Positions 59,848-64,000 of a stretch of 64,000 nt of DNA are shown one piece after another. Numbering within the stretch: the stretch's first letter is position 1; every line of letters begins with the position of its first letter. The notes under the pieces are model-generated. The model was not told the DNA's origin and did no database searches. It was given only the letters and a program-made list of their open reading frames with translations. The DNA is taken from NCBI GenBank assembly GCA_963422395.1, contig OY729431.1:2208001-2272000 (forward strand), given 5' to 3'. A program made the translations under genes and the position numbers. Source of the DNA: Vicinamibacteria bacterium (lineage in GTDB: Bacteria > Acidobacteriota > Vicinamibacteria > Marinacidobacterales > Marinacidobacteraceae).

Positions 59848-60729
59848 ATGCCCTTCTTCCCGACTCGCGCCCGGGGGCAGAACTTCCTCCACGACCGCTC
59901 GGTCGCCGAGCGGTTCGCCAGCGTTGCCCTCGAATCCGCGCGCGGCGCTTCGCCTCCGCACGAGATCGTCGAAATCGGCCCTGGAAAGGGCGCTCTCACC
60001 TTTCCGCTGCTGGCTGCCGGGGCCCGGGTGCTGGCGGTCGAGCTGGATCCCCGTCTGGTTGCGATCCTCGAGGACCGGGCGCGGCGGCTCGGCGCCGCGG
60101 AGAGACTGCGGGTCATCACCGGGGACGCGCTCCGGTTCGATCTCGCCGCAGCGATCCGCTCGTTCGGCGCCGCTCCGCCCCTGCCCGTCTGCGGCAACCT
60201 GCCGTTCTCGGCCGCCTCTCCCCTGCTGCTCCGGCTCATCGAAGGCTGTTCCGACCCCGCCGGACCGCCGCGGCTGTTCGACGCTCTGACCCTCACCCTG
60301 CAGCGCGAAGTGGCGAACCGAGTCGTTGCGCCCTGCGGCGACCCCGACTACGGGACATTGAGTGTGGTCGTGCAGCAAGCGCTCCGCGCCGAAATCCGGT
60401 TCCTGATCCACCCGGGGGCTTTCCGGCCCCGCCCCCGGGTGGTGTCCGCAGTGCTGCGTCTGACCCCCCGCACCGACCCGCCGGAAATCGGTGCCGAGAA
60501 CCACTTCCGCTCGCTGGTGCGAGAGCTCTTCAGACATCGCCGGAAGACGCTCCGGAACGGAATCGCCCGGCTCGGGGACCGAACGCTCGCCGGAAGGATG
60601 ACGGTAGCGATCGAAACGCTCGGGATCGATCCCGGACTTCGGCCCGAGCGCCTCACGATTCCCGATTTCGCCGCGCTGTCGCGCCTCACCGCTCTTGGGG
60701 CTCGCGCCACTTCATCCACAGGCTGCTAA
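59848..60729 (+). CDS. rsmA: 16S rRNA m6,2A dimethyltransferase
   Basis: GQNFL, VEIGPGKGALT, VELD, GNLPF, LQREVA, FRPRPRVVS, RRKTLRN. Confidence 0.94.
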   Translation: MPFFPTRARGQNFLHDRSVAERFASVALESARGASPPHEIVEIGPGKGALTFPLLAAGARVLAVELDPRLVAILEDRARRLGAAERLRVITGDALRFDLAAAIRSFGAAPPLPVCGNLPFSAASPLLLRLIEGCSDPAGPPRLFDALTLTLQREVANRVVAPCGDPDYGTLSVVVQQALRAEIRFLIHPGAFRPRPRVVSAVLRLTPRTDPPEIGAENHFRSLVRELFRHRRKTLRNGIARLGDRTLAGRMTVAIETLGIDPGLRPERLTIPDFAALSRLTALGARATSSTGC

Positions 60730-60815
60730 CGAGTCGCCGGCGGCGGATCCGGCTCCTTGCGGGAGTGCTTGAGGTTTGATAGCGTAAAGTCTGCCTGTAC
60801 TTAGGTATTCTGACG

Positions 60816-61676
60816 ATGGAAACGGGCGCCGCACTGCTACTGGGAGTGGTGCAGGGGCTGACCGAATTCCTGCCGGTGTCCAGTTCGGGACACCTGGTAC
60901 TGAGCCGGGCGCTGCTGCCGGAGGGCGCGCTTTCGAGCCCTGGAGTGCTTTTCGAAGCTGTGGTGCACCTGGGGACGCTGGCCGCCGCCATGATCTTCCT
61001 GCGCCGCGAGGTCGGTTGCCTGCTGCGCGCCCTCCTGCCCGCAGGGGCGGAGACCCCCGAGTCGGTCCGCGCCGGGCGGCGGCTGATCGGGCTGCTGCTG
61101 TTGGCCACGATTCCCGCCGCAGCCTTGGGGGCGGCCTTCGCCGGCCCGATCCGGGCCGCGTTCAGCGGAACCGAATCCGCCGCGGCCGGGCTGGTACTGA
61201 CGGGAGGAGCGCTCCTCGGGCTTCGGCCTCGCGCCGGAACGAAAGCCGAAGCCCGCGGCACCCGCGGTTCGATTCCGCCCCCCCCGAAGAGGGCCCGCGA
61301 CGCGCTCGTCATCGGCTTCGCGCAAGCGCTCGCCCTCCTGCCAGGGGTCTCTCGCTCCGGTCTCACCATTCTCGCTGCCCAGGCGCGCGGTCTGACCGGG
61401 GGCGACGCGGCGCGGTTCAGTTTCCTGCTGTCGGGGCCGGTGATCGCAGGCGCGGCGGCGCTCGAAACCGTGACCGCGCTTTCCGGAGAAGGACTCGGGG
61501 CGTCCGCGAGCGGAATCGTCGCCATCGAGCTCGCCGTCGGATTCGTCGCCGCGTTCGGTTCCGGAACGCTCGCGCTTCGCTGGGTGTTCGGCTGGCTCGC
61601 CCGGAAGCGCTTTCACCAATTCGGCTGGTACTGCCTCTGCGCAGGGGGAATCGGGCTTGGTCTTTCGAGCGCTTAG
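60816..61676 (+). CDS. uppP: Undecaprenyl-diphosphate phosphatase
   Basis: GVVQGLTEFLPVSSSGHL, HLGT, PGVSRSG, RFSFLL. Confidence 0.94.
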   Translation: METGAALLLGVVQGLTEFLPVSSSGHLVLSRALLPEGALSSPGVLFEAVVHLGTLAAAMIFLRREVGCLLRALLPAGAETPESVRAGRRLIGLLLLATIPAAALGAAFAGPIRAAFSGTESAAAGLVLTGGALLGLRPRAGTKAEARGTRGSIPPPPKRARDALVIGFAQALALLPGVSRSGLTILAAQARGLTGGDAARFSFLLSGPVIAGAAALETVTALSGEGLGASASGIVAIELAVGFVAAFGSGTLALRWVFGWLARKRFHQFGWYCLCAGGIGLGLSSA

Positions 61677-63993
61677 GGCGGTCTTCGGCCACCGGTCGGT
61701 GTTCGGCATCGCCTGGATCGCCGCCGCCGTCTTCCTGTCGGCCGCGCTCGTCTCCCATTCGCCGGAGGACCCGGTGCCGCTGCTGACTGCCGGTCGGAAC
61801 ACAGCTCCCTCGAATTGGCTGGGGCCGATGGGAGCATTCCTCTCCGAGGTAACCCTCCAGCTCGTGGGGTGGATCGGTTTCGCGATCCCGGTACTGCTGT
61901 TCGAGGCTGGGCGGAAGCGGCTTTGGCCAGCGGCTCCGGAGGAGCGAACCCTCCCGCTGGTGCGGGGCCTCATCTTCTCCGGTCTGGCGGTCAGCGTCAC
62001 CGGGCTCGCCGCGCTGGCCCAGGCAGCCCTGGGCAGCACCGGAGAAGGCGAATCCGGTTGGGGCGGACTCTTGGGCGAGCTCGTCGCTTCGGGCCTCTCG
62101 AACGCCATGAATCCGCTGGGGGCGGGGCTGGTGCTCGGAGCGCTGGGCCTCATCATCGGCTGCACTTCGCTGCGGGAGTGGGGCCCCGGGTCGAAGCCCG
62201 CGCGGGAACGGCGCAAGACGAAGCTGGCGAAGGTGATGGCGAGCATTCGAAGCCGCCTGCGGTCGAGGCCCGAGGCCAGGAGCGCACCGCGCCGCTTCGT
62301 CTTCCGCATCGTGCGCAAACGCGCTGCCCCTCCTCCGCCTCCGGAATCCGAAGAATCCGGCGAACCCGAAGAAGAAGCAGCGCCTGCAGCCGCAGCGAGT
62401 GGAGGAATCGAGAGAAGAGGCAAGCGCGTTCGCGCACGAAGCGCAGCCCCTCCCGACCTCCTGCGGGCCCCCAACGCCGCGAAGAACGGGGCCCGGGAGT
62501 CCCGTCCCTGGAAGCTCCCCTCCCTCCAGCTGCTGACCCGCCGCGCACACCAGCCCGCGCCCGGGCGCAAGGCCCTCGAAGAACGCCGCAAGGCGCTCGA
62601 AGCCGCCTGCCTCGAACACGGCGTCCGCGGACAAGTGGACCGCATCCAACCCGGGCCGGTGGTGACCACCTTCGAGTTCCGGCTGGGCGAAGGCGAGACG
62701 CTGAACAAACTCAAGAACCGGCACGAAGAGATCTGCATGGCGCTGCGGGCACCGGCGATCCGGGTGGAACGGATTCGGGGAAAGGGGGTGGTGGGGATCG
62801 AGGTCCCCAACGAAACCCCCTCCATCGTCGGACTTCGGGAAATCCTCGAGGCGCCGGAATTCCAAACGGACAAAGGAGCGCTGCCGGTCGCCGTCGGGCG
62901 GCTCGTGGACGGAAGGCCGCTGGTCAAGAACCTCGCCGACATGCCCCACCTGCTGATCGCGGGCGCGACCGGCGCCGGCAAGTCGGTACAGATCAACACC
63001 CTGCTTTGCTCGCTGCTCATCCGCTGCGCCCCGGACGAGCTGCGGCTGATCCTCATCGACCCCAAACGGGTGGAGCTCCGTCCCTATCGCAACATCCCGC
63101 ATCTCCTCACTCCGCTCATCCTGGAGCCGGACAAGGCGAAAACGGTGCTGCAGCATGCCTGCCGCGAGCTGGACCGCCGCACCCGGATCCTCGAGGAGCA
63201 TGGCGTGCGCAACATCGACGGCTACAACCGCCAGGTGGAACGGCTCGATGCGGAACGCACCGGAAAGCGGCGGCGGAAGAATCCGGAGGAAGCGATCCCG
63301 AAGCCGATGCCGCGGCTCGTGATCGTGGTGGACGAACTCGCCGATCTGTTCATCCACGCGAAGGCGGAGGTCACTCCGGCGATCCAGCGGCTGCTCAGCC
63401 TCGGGCGCGCCGAGGGGATCCATCTGGTACTCGCGACCCAGCGGCCCTCGACCGACATCGTGAGCGGCACGCTCAAGGCGAACTTGCCCACCCGGATCGC
63501 CTTTCGGGTGGCCAGCTATGTGGATTCGCGGACGATCCTCGATCGAGTGGGCGCCGAGGGACTTCTCGGAAAGGGCGACATGCTCATGATGCGTCCGGGC
63601 GCCGACCTGCCGCGGGCGCAGGGCGGGTTCGTGGACGAGAAGGAAGTGGGTCGGCTCGTCGCGTTCTGGGAAAGCGCAGCCGAACCGGCGTTCGACGAGA
63701 CCATGCTGGAGGAAGAAGTGCCGGGAGAGACGGCGGCGCAGGGGGCGGAGATGCTGACCTCGCTGACGCGCTCCCCCGGCCCGGGGGCCTCGGCCCGGGG
63801 GGGCGGGGATTCGCTCCTGCCACAGGCCCGCGAGCTGATCGTCCGGGAGCAGAAGGCATCGACTTCGATGCTGCAAACGGAGCTGGGCCTCGGGTATCAG
63901 CGGGCGCGCCGGATCGTCGCCGAACTGGAACGGCAGGGGATCGTGGGACCGTCGCGGGGTGCGCAGCCGCGCGAAGTCCTGGTGCAGCAGTGA
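61657..63993 (+). CDS. ftsK: DNA translocase FtsK
   Basis: N-terminal TMs; MPHLLIAGATGAGKSV, IDPKRVEL, VVDELADL, ATQRPS, DSRTILD; gamma domain LGYQRARRI. Confidence 0.95.
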   Translation: MVFRALRAVFGHRSVFGIAWIAAAVFLSAALVSHSPEDPVPLLTAGRNTAPSNWLGPMGAFLSEVTLQLVGWIGFAIPVLLFEAGRKRLWPAAPEERTLPLVRGLIFSGLAVSVTGLAALAQAALGSTGEGESGWGGLLGELVASGLSNAMNPLGAGLVLGALGLIIGCTSLREWGPGSKPARERRKTKLAKVMASIRSRLRSRPEARSAPRRFVFRIVRKRAAPPPPPESEESGEPEEEAAPAAAASGGIERRGKRVRARSAAPPDLLRAPNAAKNGARESRPWKLPSLQLLTRRAHQPAPGRKALEERRKALEAACLEHGVRGQVDRIQPGPVVTTFEFRLGEGETLNKLKNRHEEICMALRAPAIRVERIRGKGVVGIEVPNETPSIVGLREILEAPEFQTDKGALPVAVGRLVDGRPLVKNLADMPHLLIAGATGAGKSVQINTLLCSLLIRCAPDELRLILIDPKRVELRPYRNIPHLLTPLILEPDKAKTVLQHACRELDRRTRILEEHGVRNIDGYNRQVERLDAERTGKRRRKNPEEAIPKPMPRLVIVVDELADLFIHAKAEVTPAIQRLLSLGRAEGIHLVLATQRPSTDIVSGTLKANLPTRIAFRVASYVDSRTILDRVGAEGLLGKGDMLMMRPGADLPRAQGGFVDEKEVGRLVAFWESAAEPAFDETMLEEEVPGETAAQGAEMLTSLTRSPGPGASARGGGDSLLPQARELIVREQKASTSMLQTELGLGYQRARRIVAELERQGIVGPSRGAQPREVLVQQ

Positions 63994-64000
63994 TGCGCAT

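Overview
High-GC bacterial chromosomal window. The gene content (DUF2911-like, ECF sigma/anti-sigma/PDZ, BNR/VPS10 protein, FN3 lipoproteins, type-2 IleRS) suggests an Acidobacteriota-like, possibly host-associated organism; this taxonomy is inference only. Most of the window is housekeeping: arg operon, ggt, an M16 peptidase pair, thyA-folA, gcvTHP, der, priA, coaBC, gmk, ileS, purA, trxB, rsmA, uppP, ftsK and four tRNAs. The standout is a ~9 kb accessory locus (34.0-43.0 kb) next to two tRNA-Pro genes. A tyrosine recombinase gene lies just outside a 4.6 kb segment bounded by ~457 bp near-perfect inverted repeats. The segment holds two convergent variants of an FN3/Cys-rich surface lipoprotein. 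Only one variant is joined to an RBS, a proper start and a complete signal peptide, and inversion would swap which variant is expressed, so this is a candidate phase/antigenic-variation switch. The window also carries a modular, hairpin-rich interspersed repeat/MITE family with compensatory stem changes, a Panacea-type toxin-antitoxin pair, a SLATT-like gene at the usual rpoZ position, and several enzymes with non-canonical motifs. All calls were made by eye from sequence motifs; no database searches were run.
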